Shown here one piece after another: positions 19,665-29,334 of a DNA stretch of 32,000 nt. The stretch is from Vibrio vulnificus CMCP6 (GTDB lineage: Bacteria; Pseudomonadota; Gammaproteobacteria; Enterobacterales; Vibrionaceae). The translations under genes were made by a program, and so were the position numbers. The stretch covers positions 660,001 to 692,000 of the forward strand of contig NC_004460.2 of assembly GCF_000039765.1 (NCBI RefSeq), in the 5' to 3' direction. Below the pieces are notes generated by a model that had not been told where the DNA came from, did no database searches, and saw only the letters and a list, made by a program, of their open reading frames with translations. Positions within the stretch are counted from its first letter, which is position 1. The number at the start of each line of letters is the position of its first letter.

Positions 19665-20657
19665 TCAGGAGACCGATGCCATCGGCTGGAGCTCGATATC
19701 CCAAATATTGTCGCCGAAGCTGTTTAGCCACTTTTTCAGGTAAAGCGAATCAATCACACTCGCGCTAATGTGCAGCGAATCATCACGCTCAACGACTTGC
19801 TGGTCCTTTGACAGCGGTGTTTCGCGCAGAAAGTAACCATCTGACTTGGTGATACAGAACTGCAGTCGACACTGCTGACCTTCGCCAAAGCCAAACCTTC
19901 CATCCGCATCGTATTTTGCCAGGTCAAAATCCACCGGGCGGTCAAAGATGAAGGTGGACAAGTGCGCGATGCTCACCCGATGGATGGCCAAAGTTCGCTC
20001 ATTCGTGTAACCTTCGAAACGACAGACTAGGTAAAGTCTGTTACCCTGCTGCGCGATACCAAGTGGCATAACGGTCGCTTTTTTCGGTTCGTTTTTGCTG
20101 TTGGTGTATTCAAGGCTCAACCACCGGTCTTCGTACAGACCCTGGCTGATGATCCTGAGTACTTCTTCGTCCAGATGCGGGGCGAGCAGAGGCTGGTTTT
20201 CACTTACAACTCTAACCTTCTTCAGCCAGTTTCGCTCTTTTTTGTTAGGTGAGGCCGGATTAAGCTGGTAGTCCGCCTCATAAAAGAACCCGCTCATGGC
20301 AGCCAACACTTTGCTCGGCAAAAGGCCCGCCAGGTATTCCCGAGCCAAGTGAAACAGCAGGGACTCCTGGGCCGAGAGGGTCGGCAGACTGAGTACCGCG
20401 TTGGCTTGGGTCAGCTTATATCCATAAGGTTTGCTTTTGTCATTGCGGTCAAGGTTAAACTGCTCTGATAAGGTTTCCATGATCCTCTGTAAAGTTCGGA
20501 TATCGCGTTCAATGCCTACCTCAGCCAACTGACTATGCAGCTCTTTAACCGTGATATACCTAGACTTGGGAATGCGTTTAAGGATCTCAAGGGCCAAGTT
20601 CAGAGATTCATTCAGAGATGACTTTTTTTTCATTTTAAGCTCATTTGTATACTGCAT
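19665..20657 (-). CDS. WYL-domain transcriptional regulator
   Basis: N-terminal winged helix (TVKELHSQLAEVGIERDIRTLQRIMETL), linker, WYL-type domain (WLSLEYTNSKNEPKKATVMPLGIAQQGNRLYLVCRFEGYTNERTLAIHRV); true start may be ATG at 20633. Confidence 0.8.
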   Translation of the reverse strand: MQYTNELKMKKKSSLNESLNLALEILKRIPKSRYITVKELHSQLAEVGIERDIRTLQRIMETLSEQFNLDRNDKSKPYGYKLTQANAVLSLPTLSAQESLLFHLAREYLAGLLPSKVLAAMSGFFYEADYQLNPASPNKKERNWLKKVRVVSENQPLLAPHLDEEVLRIISQGLYEDRWLSLEYTNSKNEPKKATVMPLGIAQQGNRLYLVCRFEGYTNERTLAIHRVSIAHLSTFIFDRPVDFDLAKYDADGRFGFGEGQQCRLQFCITKSDGYFLRETPLSKDQQVVERDDSLHISASVIDSLYLKKWLNSFGDNIWDIELQPMASVS

Positions 20658-21072
20658 CTCGTGCGTCGAATAGCAAAAACTATCACAAAGACGCTATACA
20701 TTGCGTGATTTACGCCAGATTTATATTAGAGTTTTTTGATAGAAATCATACTCATATCGTTTATGATAATTTTACCGCTAGCTGCGTCAGAATATGTCGG
20801 ATGCAAAACACTGATTTCGGCAACAAAGTCCTTTTCATCTTACTCTCGGGAGGGTTCTGGAAGACTATCAAAGGTTCGGCTAACTAATGGCTGCTACGAA
20901 ATACCCTGAAAGCTCTTTTACTAACGCATCAGTTTAACCCTTGGTATCGTGGGAACGACTTATGTGTTTCCTTTAGGAGCACATTTCCGGATAATCCGAT
21001 ATCCTAGGAAGACAAAACCATCACTTATAATACGCTCACAAATCCATATTTTGTCGCCACTTACCAAATTTT

Positions 21073-21101
21073 GGAAAAAAAAGAGCCGCAAAAGCGGCTC
21101 T
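21073..21101 (-). terminator. Rho-independent terminator for guaC (minus strand)
   Basis: Minus-strand AGAGCCGCttttGCGGCTCT followed by TTTTTTTTCC. Confidence 0.8.
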
Positions 21102-21130
21102 AGATAGTTTGTGATTTTCGAAGTGTCGGC

Positions 21131-21390
21131 TTACTTCTCTTTACCAAACACGTTGTTCTCTTGCTCAAGAACGCGGATGAACGTGGTGCGTTTTGTTAGC
21201 TCGCGAAGCTCGGCTGCGCCTACATAAGTACAAGTTGAACGCACGCCGCCAAGGATGTCTTGAATGGTGCCGTGAACACTGCCACGGTAAGGCAATAGTA
21301 CGGTTTTTCCTTCCGCTGCTCGGTAGCCTGCGACGCCGCCAGAGTGCTTGTCCATCGCGCTCTTTGAAGACATGCCGTATAACCTCAAGC
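21131..21390 (-). pseudogene. guaC: guaC (GMP reductase) 3'-terminal fragment at an apparent integration junction
   Basis: [83 protein letters not shown] matches the GuaC C-terminus; upstream (MFWLRLR) does not. Confidence 0.85.
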
Positions 21391-22363
21391 GCAACCAAAA
21401 CAACCTTTTAAAAACAAATACTTAATGGAATATACATGTATAAAACAAGGTAAAATATGGCGAATAAGCACTCTCTTTTACGTTGTTTTTCAATGGGCGC
21501 CGCCATTTTTGCCGCCACTAAATATCCATACGAGCACTAGACCAACTAATAAACAGTCCCAAAGTCATAATTCCAAAAAGACACATACTCATCACTATGC
21601 TTAAGTGAGCATAAAGAAGAGGCATGGTAAAATCTTATTACTTACCACTATACTGCACGCAACATACCTGTAGTGGCAATCAAATCCCACAAGAGGAGTG
21701 CCATTCAGCACTCCTTTTCCGTTTTTAGAGGCTCTCAATGGCAGGTGTAACCCAGTTTCTTTATGGCACATGGCAATACTGTGTTCTTCTTGTTCACTCA
21801 CCTTCAGCCCTATATCGAAGTTAGGCAAAAGCATAACCCGCGCGTTTACACCAAGTTCTGTTGGTTAGCTCTAAACTGGCGAATCAAAAGGGACAACAAA
21901 GACCACAAATAGGTAAGCCAAGCACTATAAGAATCACGTGATGCTTTGGCCCGATATTTAAAATCCCAAACAAATACCATTGTGCGATTTCGGTATTTTC
22001 ATACATTGCTTGCACTTTCATTTTTCACGCATAGTGATTGCATTGATATTGGAATGATTGAAAACAAAGCGTCATTCGCGTTTACTTTTGAATCCAATAC
22101 ATAACTAAAAGAGTCGGCTGCTCTTTCTGCTGAAAGCGCCACAGATGGGCGCAGGACAGCTTAAATAACCTAACCAAATTCAGGCGCCTGTTAGGTGAGG
22201 CGCAGACCAATGCCAGTATTCTGAGTATCAATGCAAGCATCATCACTCGGTCTGAGGGAGTTAATTGGGAATATCACCTAAGCCTTTAACTTAAACCTTA
22301 AAGGTTGAGTTTGACTACACAAACTCACAAGCCAGTTTGTAGCACGAGCTCTGTAAGGGGCTC

Positions 22364-22399
22364 CATTGTTGTGTGAATTTTACAGTCTACACAACAATG
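22364..22399. promoter_or_regulatory. Perfect 11-bp inverted repeat in the leader of the transfer operon
   Basis: CATTGTTGTGT-N14-ACACAACAATG, ending 20 bp before ATG 22420. Confidence 0.55.
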
Positions 22400-22419
22400 C
22401 CCTACTACAAGGAGTGCCT

Positions 22420-22797
22420 ATGATCATCGTCTATGGATATTACAAGGACGAACCCATGGAACTGATTGGCAAAACGCTTGACCAACAAGGTACTTTCATT
22501 GCGGCCAAACCTATTGGACGCATTGATAATCGATTAACCTTTGCCGCACTTGTTGATAGCCCTGACCCCATTCATTTTCCAGTCGTTCTGCCCCACTGCG
22601 TTCTTGTTAAAGAACAAACATATACCCACAAGCCTTATAAACCCCATCTCGTCAATTCGGCGGTTATGGATGCCAAGCAGCGCAAAACCTATTGTAAAAA
22701 ACTCAAAAAGAGACAGCCCTTGAGTACTTCGAATTGGAAACTGCACATCAGTCGCAACCGAGGCCTTAAGTGGGTACGCGATCATTTAGCCGCTTAA
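22420..22797 (+). CDS. Hypothetical protein, first gene of the transfer operon
   Basis: RBS AAGGAGTGCCT before ATG 22420 (MIIVYGYYKDEPMELIG...); ORF track start 22366 lies inside the inverted repeat. Confidence 0.65.
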   Translation: MIIVYGYYKDEPMELIGKTLDQQGTFIAAKPIGRIDNRLTFAALVDSPDPIHFPVVLPHCVLVKEQTYTHKPYKPHLVNSAVMDAKQRKTYCKKLKKRQPLSTSNWKLHISRNRGLKWVRDHLAA

Positions 22798-22881
22798 TCT
22801 CATCACTTTTTAATCCCCAAATGGCTCCACGTCTTCCAGCGTTGAGTCTTTTTTATTTCAACTCAAATAAGGAAGCCATTT

Positions 22882-23178
22882 ATGCCTCTTATTAATCAAA
22901 AACATACCTACCACCTTCTTTTTCTATTGCTCGCCACCTTATTAGTACTCTGCTTCGCTACCCCATCCTTTGCCACTGACTTGTTTGCAGGTGGTAAAGC
23001 CACCATCAAATCAACCGCAGGTGACGATTCAGCGGCAGAAATGGCCATGCTAACCGCAGGTGCTCTCGGCGCCGCGGTTCTCGGTTTCACGACACGTAAC
23101 TGGTTCGCCGCCATTGGCGGTTTTGCTGGCGGTATGATTTTCTGGGAAGTCATTAAGCCACTGGTTGGCCTAGCTTAA
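22882..23178 (+). CDS. traA: TraA-like conjugative pilin precursor
   Basis: Signal peptide plus ATDLFAGGKATIKSTAGDDSAAEMAMLTAGALGAAVLGFTTRNWFAAIGGFAGGMIFWEVIKPLVGLA; immediately upstream of traL. Confidence 0.75.
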   Translation: MPLINQKHTYHLLFLLLATLLVLCFATPSFATDLFAGGKATIKSTAGDDSAAEMAMLTAGALGAAVLGFTTRNWFAAIGGFAGGMIFWEVIKPLVGLA

Positions 23179-23195
23179 AAGTCGGGCGGTGATGT

Positions 23196-23498
23196 ATGGA
23201 CAACCAACAGCTTTTTTTTGCTATCCCAAAACACCTCAGCAAAGGCAAGCGCATATCAGGTTTACCCCGAGACGAAGTCTTGCCCGGGTTTCTTCTCTTT
23301 GTGCTCTTCTTCTTAGCCGGTAAATACTTGATAGGCCTTATCTTTGCAGCCATTTGGTTTATAGGACTTCGGTATATCAAAGTTCAGTACGGTGAAAACA
23401 TCATCGCCTTAACCCTCTACTGGTGGGGGAACACCTCACTCAATCACAGTGTCTTCAAACACACTCCCGCAGCGCAAAAGCGTTACTGGCTCTCTTAA
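23196..23498 (+). CDS. traL: Type IV conjugative transfer system protein TraL
   Basis: FAIPKHLSKGKRISGLPRDEVLPGFLLFVLFFLAGKY... small membrane protein in tra order. Confidence 0.88.
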   Translation: MDNQQLFFAIPKHLSKGKRISGLPRDEVLPGFLLFVLFFLAGKYLIGLIFAAIWFIGLRYIKVQYGENIIALTLYWWGNTSLNHSVFKHTPAAQKRYWLS

Positions 23499-23511
23499 GA
23501 GGGGCACATTT

Positions 23512-24081
23512 ATGGATAACCAACACCAAGGTAACTTACTTGCACTGAGTAAGTTACTGAACTTTCTCCTCGTCTTTGGGTTTGCGGCATCAATGCTCGT
23601 GAACGTGGTCTTAGGTCTTAGCTTGGCGAAAACCTTATCGGAAAAGAGTCGAACTCTCGTTCCCCCTACGATTTCACAAGCATTTACGATTTCAGATACG
23701 GCCATTGATGCGCCTTACCTTCAGCTTATGGGCGAATACTTTTTAAAGCTCAAGCTCAACGTGACACCTGCGAATGTCTTTAGACAATACGGCCTCTTGC
23801 TCGACTATGTGCCTACAGAAAACTGGTCAACGATTCAACCGGTCCTAGTCAAAGATGCCGAGCATCTTAAAAAGTACAACACGACCAGTCGCTTTGACGC
23901 CCTGCCTGGGCGAACTGAAATTTCGATTGAAAATAGGCAGTTCAAACAGACGGGCCACCTTACTAAAACCGTTGGCGATCGCACACTGCCATCAGAGCTT
24001 GTAACCTACACCGTTCAAATGGATTACAGCAACGGCGTGATTGAACTCATTGGCATCAAGAAACAAGGAGCAAAAGAATGA
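23512..24081 (+). CDS. traE: TraE, inner-membrane VirB8-like conjugation protein
   Basis: Single TM then AFTISDTAIDAPYLQLMGEYFLKLKLNVTPANVFRQYGLLLDYVPTENW; start MDNQHQGN at 23512. Confidence 0.88.
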   Translation: MDNQHQGNLLALSKLLNFLLVFGFAASMLVNVVLGLSLAKTLSEKSRTLVPPTISQAFTISDTAIDAPYLQLMGEYFLKLKLNVTPANVFRQYGLLLDYVPTENWSTIQPVLVKDAEHLKKYNTTSRFDALPGRTEISIENRQFKQTGHLTKTVGDRTLPSELVTYTVQMDYSNGVIELIGIKKQGAKE

Positions 24082-24821
24082 AACCATTATCATGGCTAAT
24101 GAGCGTGCTTATCGCCACTCTTAGCCCTTTCGCATTAGCAAGCAATGTACAAAAGGCCACGTTTCCCTTTGCGGACGGCGACACCATTCCCGTGAGTTTA
24201 TCGTCTGTGAACATCAACCGCCTCGTGGTCGAAGACGATAAAATCCTTAACATCACCTGCCCTCACGGTTTTTGTACCACTAACGGTATCCAAAAAGATA
24301 AAACGGGCTCGGTGTCTCTAAAGCTGAATGTTGCGCTCCCTTTTACCGCCCACGTTCTCACTCAAAAAGGGCGTCTTTTCGCACTGTTCATTACCCCAAA
24401 AGCCACGCCAGGCATCGTCACTGCGTTTACACCAACCGACCGTCACCTATCTCAACCTTCCGTATTTGAGCGCGGCTTTGATTACCCAGCGGCCATCGCT
24501 AACTTCACCAAAGCCATGATGACATGGAAAGAAAAAGGCACACCGATTTCAGGATTTAGCCTTCATCCGGTAGACCCTAATACCCTGCCTAAGAAGGACT
24601 CCTTACTGCCCGTCACTCCGCAAACCGTGTTCGTGGGCCGGGATTATTCGGGCATCATTTACGAGGTGAAGAACAAATCCAGTGACACCGTCACACTCAC
24701 AACCACACAGTTCTACAGTTACGCCGCTCGAAGCGCGGCGCTGGATACATTTGAACTCGGCCCAAATCAAACCACGCACTTGTATGTAGTGACAGGAGGA
24801 GGAGTGAATCATGCTCGATAA
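24078..24821 (+). CDS. traK: TraK, secretin-like conjugation protein
   Basis: Signal peptide; GDTIPVSLSSVNINRLVVEDDKILNI; overlaps traE (ATGA). Confidence 0.85.
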   Translation: MKPLSWLMSVLIATLSPFALASNVQKATFPFADGDTIPVSLSSVNINRLVVEDDKILNITCPHGFCTTNGIQKDKTGSVSLKLNVALPFTAHVLTQKGRLFALFITPKATPGIVTAFTPTDRHLSQPSVFERGFDYPAAIANFTKAMMTWKEKGTPISGFSLHPVDPNTLPKKDSLLPVTPQTVFVGRDYSGIIYEVKNKSSDTVTLTTTQFYSYAARSAALDTFELGPNQTTHLYVVTGGGVNHAR

Positions 24822-26292
24822 CTGGAGAAAACGCCTTTTTAGTGACACAGATGGCGACTTTGAGCAAGGTGGCGAGATTAATCAGCGCACCGCATCAAGA
24901 AACAACACCGTCACCATTATCGCCGTCTCTGCCCTGCTCCTTGCCGCACTAGCATTGTATAAATACACTAGGCCGCCTCCCCCTACACAAAAAGAAAGCC
25001 ATCAAGAACCTGTCGAATTTGGTGCCATCATTGAGCAAGATTTTGTCGAAACAGACAACCAATCGGCGCTCTCCCTACAGCAAAAAACGCTGTCTGCCCT
25101 AGAAAAGCAAATAGCGGATTTGACCAAATCTATGCGCACTCATAAAGAAGAGACCGAGCGTAAAATCGAGCAAGCAAAAGAGAAGACCGCTCGCTTAGTT
25201 GAGGAACAAGTACGTGAAGAGTTTCGAAATAAAGAAGCGCAGCTTCAATCCCGTATTGATGAACTCGAACATAACACTTCGGAGTTAGTCAATACCGAAC
25301 CATACAGCACCATCCACACCCAAAGGCCGATGAATAGCTCAGAAACATTTGGACAGCACAAGCTTCCGCCTAGACCTATTGCCTCCTCTAACAACAACCC
25401 CGATATGGCGCAGATGCAATATCAGCCCTCAGAGCAAATCCCTTTCAATCGCAATGAGTTTGATAGCTTTAATTTCTTTTGGGAAAGCGATGAAACAACC
25501 TATCACCGCACCACTGAGAACTATGTGCCAACTGGAACCTTTGTCACCGCAGTGGTGACAGGAGGCGCTGACACCAATGCCGGAGTGCTTGGCCAAGGAG
25601 ACACGACCCCCGTGGTCTTTCAAACCATTCATGAAGGTATCTTACCCAATGGGGAAAAATCCAAGCTCAGCAACTGCACCATTACAGGTTCATCCTACGG
25701 TGAGATATCGTCAAGCCGCGGCATTATCCGCACTAACCGCTTGAGCTGTATCCAAGACGAAGGGCATATCTTAGACGTCGCCATCAAAGGAACGGCGTTT
25801 AACTTTGGACGCAACGGCATACGTGGCACCACCATCTTAAAAAATGGTGAGATTGTTCAAATGGCGGGGATTGCCGGTATTTTGAATGGCATCGGCGAGA
25901 CAGGTCAAGCGCTCTCACAAACCACCTCCACCTCAGCATTCGGTACAACCTCAAGCATCAACAGCCAAGATGCAGCGTTGAACTTACTCGGCAATGCTAC
26001 CTCAAGTGTGGGAGAAAAACTCTCCGATTACTACATTGGTCTTGCAGAGCTCTATCACCCCATCGTGGAAATCAACCCAGGTGCCGTTGTCAATATTGTC
26101 TTCTTAGAAGGATTCCCGCTGGATCCTCTTATGGCCGAAGAGTACGAACGCCAGCAATTGGCAGAGCAAAGCATGTCGAGTCAATCGAATCAAATCCTCG
26201 ATGTGATCACTAATGCCCCCCTTAATCCATTGGCGAAAGAGTTGTCTACACAAGGCATTGAGGTTCCCCCAACTCCATTTGGCCGCAAATAA
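24811..26292 (+). CDS. traB: TraB, VirB10-like conjugation protein
   Basis: N-term TM, coiled coil, YVPTGTFVTAVVTGGADTNAGVLGQGDTTPVVFQTIHEG, SKLSNCTITGSSYGEISSSRGIIRTNRLSC. Confidence 0.92.
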   Translation: MLDNWRKRLFSDTDGDFEQGGEINQRTASRNNTVTIIAVSALLLAALALYKYTRPPPPTQKESHQEPVEFGAIIEQDFVETDNQSALSLQQKTLSALEKQIADLTKSMRTHKEETERKIEQAKEKTARLVEEQVREEFRNKEAQLQSRIDELEHNTSELVNTEPYSTIHTQRPMNSSETFGQHKLPPRPIASSNNNPDMAQMQYQPSEQIPFNRNEFDSFNFFWESDETTYHRTTENYVPTGTFVTAVVTGGADTNAGVLGQGDTTPVVFQTIHEGILPNGEKSKLSNCTITGSSYGEISSSRGIIRTNRLSCIQDEGHILDVAIKGTAFNFGRNGIRGTTILKNGEIVQMAGIAGILNGIGETGQALSQTTSTSAFGTTSSINSQDAALNLLGNATSSVGEKLSDYYIGLAELYHPIVEINPGAVVNIVFLEGFPLDPLMAEEYERQQLAEQSMSSQSNQILDVITNAPLNPLAKELSTQGIEVPPTPFGRK

Positions 26293-26304
26293 AGGAATAT
26301 GAGT

Positions 26305-26691
26305 ATGTTTAAATTCTCATCAATGCTCTTTGCTGCACTGCTCTTAACAGGCTGCGCAGCAGGTCTCGGCGAAGATTATAGCTGCACGAAAGTTGGCGGC
26401 GTACCAGGCTGCACCACCATGGACGAAGCCCGTCGAAATATAGAACTCTACGCCAGCTCAGAAAACCAAACTTCCACTGAACAAACTCATCGTGTTCCAA
26501 CAGATTTTATGACCTTACCGAGACGCACACGACAAGGTGAGCCAACACGAACGAATGATGTAGTGAAAAAAGTCACCGTTTTTCCTTTTATTGATAAAAA
26601 CGGTCATTACATTGATACCACAGATATCTATGTCATCCTCGATGACAGCCGTTGGACAGGTAGCCCAGTGCGCGCCATTTGGAAGGACTGA
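26305..26691 (+). CDS. traV: TraV lipoprotein
   Basis: LTGCAAGLGEDYSCTKVGGVPGCTTMDEARR lipobox plus cysteine motif. Confidence 0.85.
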   Translation: MFKFSSMLFAALLLTGCAAGLGEDYSCTKVGGVPGCTTMDEARRNIELYASSENQTSTEQTHRVPTDFMTLPRRTRQGEPTRTNDVVKKVTVFPFIDKNGHYIDTTDIYVILDDSRWTGSPVRAIWKD

Positions 26692-26693
26692 TT

Positions 26694-28993
26694 ATGTTCA
26701 GAAACTTTTTTTCAAAGCCCAAAACGGGTACGTTGGGGGCATTTTATCAAGACGTCAAAAAGCATCAAAATCATTTCCATCATGAGCTCCCTTATCGCAC
26801 CTTCGACAATAACACCAAGATTTTCCTAAATCGAGCGGCCCATGGCATTGGGTTTAAGCTCAACATCTTAGGCGGTGCTAACGATGAGCTCATTCATTCC
26901 CTCAATAAGTTAGTGTGCGAATTTCCTCAAGGGGATAAATGGGATTACCAACTGTCGCTTCTTGGCCACAACAAAGTGGCGCATTATATTGAGGCCAATC
27001 AAGCGCTCATGAGCAAGCGTGGAGGCATTTGCGAAACCCTCGCCGCCAAAGAGGCGCAATATTCGCAATTCGCAGCCACACAAGGATTTTTCCACAAACA
27101 GCGTCACCATTTTGATCTCCGTGATTACGAAGCGTATTTCTTTGTCTCCACCACGACAAAAGACGATGAATCGCTGTGCGACTTACGAGCAACCATTGAA
27201 ACGGCCTTCACCCAGCTTGGCATTGATACTCAAAGGCTGACACCAGAGGGGCTTATTACCTTTACTGGCGACATCTTAAACTTTGATGCGATGCAAGCGC
27301 GCCCTATCAAGCGCCCCTACAACCGTTATGACCCCATCAATCAACAAGTGATGTCGAGTGATACTGAGCTGCTTATTCATCGCAACCATATCGCCACTCG
27401 TCACACTAACCATGAGGGTATAGAGACACGCACACGAACGGTCTGTATGGGACTCGCCCGAACCCCAAGCGACTTTCGGCTCTACGCGCTACCTGAGTGT
27501 TTTGCATCGATCCGCAATATCGCCAGGCATGTCACGTGTCCCCACGTCCTGACTTTAAACTTTCGTCAAGAAGTAACGGGAAACTTTGAGCATGACAATA
27601 ACCGCAAGATTTCAGACCTCACCAAAACGGTCGGCTCGTCTCTGGCTATGATTATGCCAACGGCCAAAGATGAACTGGAAGAGCGTAAAGGGTTGCAAAA
27701 AGGACTCAGTGACAAAGAGTTTACCATCAGCTCAATGGTGCTCAATTTAACTCTGTTTACCAATCAAACTCATCAGCGTCGTGATGTTCAGGCGGCTCTG
27801 GCGCAGGAAAAAGCTTCTTCGTGCAAAGCATGGCCAAGTCGGTTTATGCGTATGGGGGTAAATGTTGGATTTTAGATAAAGGCGCCAGTTACAAAAAGCT
27901 CACGCTTATGCTCGGAGGCTCCTACCTCGATCACCGAAACATCTACCTCAATCCATTCACTCACCTTGGTAAAGTGATGGACAGCGCAAAACAAGCCAAA
28001 GAAACCCTGCAATTTGTCAACGACGATGGGCAACATGAAAACGTAGATCCCATCAAAGAAGCACTCAGTAACATTACCGCGCTGTTCGCCACTATCGCCT
28101 CGCCTTATCAAGAGCTAGAAAGCTACCAGATGGCGGTCCTTGGTGATGCCATCATTCGCGCTTGGGAGCGAAAACACACCAAAACCTTGGTGGACGATGT
28201 TCAAACGGCCTTGTTCGAGCTGTCAAAAGAGTATAACGATGATCGCCGTATCCATGATATCGCCGTGCAGTTGAACAAATATTGCAGCAACGGTATTTAT
28301 GGCGACACCTTTAATAAACCGTCCATGCTCGACCCAACCATCGACATCACCACCTTAGAGCTCGATGGTTTCAACGAAGACGTTCTGCGTCCCGTCATTT
28401 TTGCACTGATTGTCTCTATCAACCAACAGATGTACCTGTCTGGCTCTCGCTCTACGCCTAAGATGTGCATCATTGAAGAAGCCTGGAGCTTGATGAGTGG
28501 CGCTAACGCTCAGACCCGAACCTTCATCAATACCGGTTATCGCACAGCGCGTAAGTTTGGTGGCTCATTTTGCACCGTTACTCAAGGCATTATCGACTTT
28601 TTTGCCAATGAAGAAGCCCGGGCCAGTTACGATAACAGCGATATCCATATGGTACTGAGACAAGGTGACGGCTTCGATAAGTTCTTAACCGACAACCCGA
28701 AAGCGTTCAGTGAGATGGAAGAGCGGATCATTAAAAGTTTTCCGCGAGCCAGTGACGCAGGTTACAGCTGTGTTCGCGTCAAAGCCGGTGGGCATACCTC
28801 GTATCACCGCATGTTTTCTGACCCTTTTTCACGCGCCTGTTTAAGCACCGAACCTCATGAGTTTGAGTTCTGCGAAAACCTGATGAATAAAGGCATGCCG
28901 CTCATGGAGGCCATTAACGCCACCGCGGAGCACTTTTACGGTAAGGAAATTGCCGAATTTGAACACGCGCTCAAAGCTAAGGAGGCCGCATGA
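26694..28993 (+). pseudogene. traC: TraC (VirB4-like ATPase), interrupted by frameshift with apparent internal deletion
   Basis: N-terminal part in frame to ~27790 (...QTHQRRDVQA) and C-terminal ATPase part in another frame from ~27791 (GGSGAGKSFFVQSMAKSVYAYGGKCWILDKG ... MCIIEEAWSLMSG). Confidence 0.85.
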
Positions 28994-29334
28994 AGCAGCC
29001 ATTGTCAATGATTGCGATGATGGTGAGCATCAGCGCTCTTTCGACGCTGACGGCTCACACCTTTCTCAGTCAACCCTCGCCCACTTTCGTCAGTGTTGAT
29101 GTCAAAAGCACCCTCAATGCCTACCACCAAGCGCTCATTAAAAAAGAGATGAGTCTTGAAGAGCAAACCAAGCGATTAACGCAGTTTGCCGGCATTATGC
29201 ACGAAGAAATCGAGGCGTATAACGCGCAGCACAACACCATTGCGTTAGTCAGTGCGGCTGTCGTCGGCGGGGCAGTGGATGTGACCCCTCAGATACAAAG
29301 GGCCATCATCGAACACTACCAAGACAAGGAATGA
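28990..29334 (+). CDS. trbI: TrbI-like F-type conjugation protein
   Basis: N-terminal TM, FVSVDVKSTLNAYHQALIKKEMSLEEQTKRLTQFAGIMHEEIEAYNAQHNTIALVSAAVVGGAVDVTPQIQ; position between traC and traW. Confidence 0.75.
   Translation: MKQPLSMIAMMVSISALSTLTAHTFLSQPSPTFVSVDVKSTLNAYHQALIKKEMSLEEQTKRLTQFAGIMHEEIEAYNAQHNTIALVSAAVVGGAVDVTPQIQRAIIEHYQDKE

Noticed and set aside
22168-22196. ACCTAAC ... GTTAGGT, matching the RYYYAAC / GTTRRRY ends of an integron attC site
   Set aside because: Only 29 bp end to end, shorter than a functional attC; no cassette ORF or other attC-like repeats nearby.
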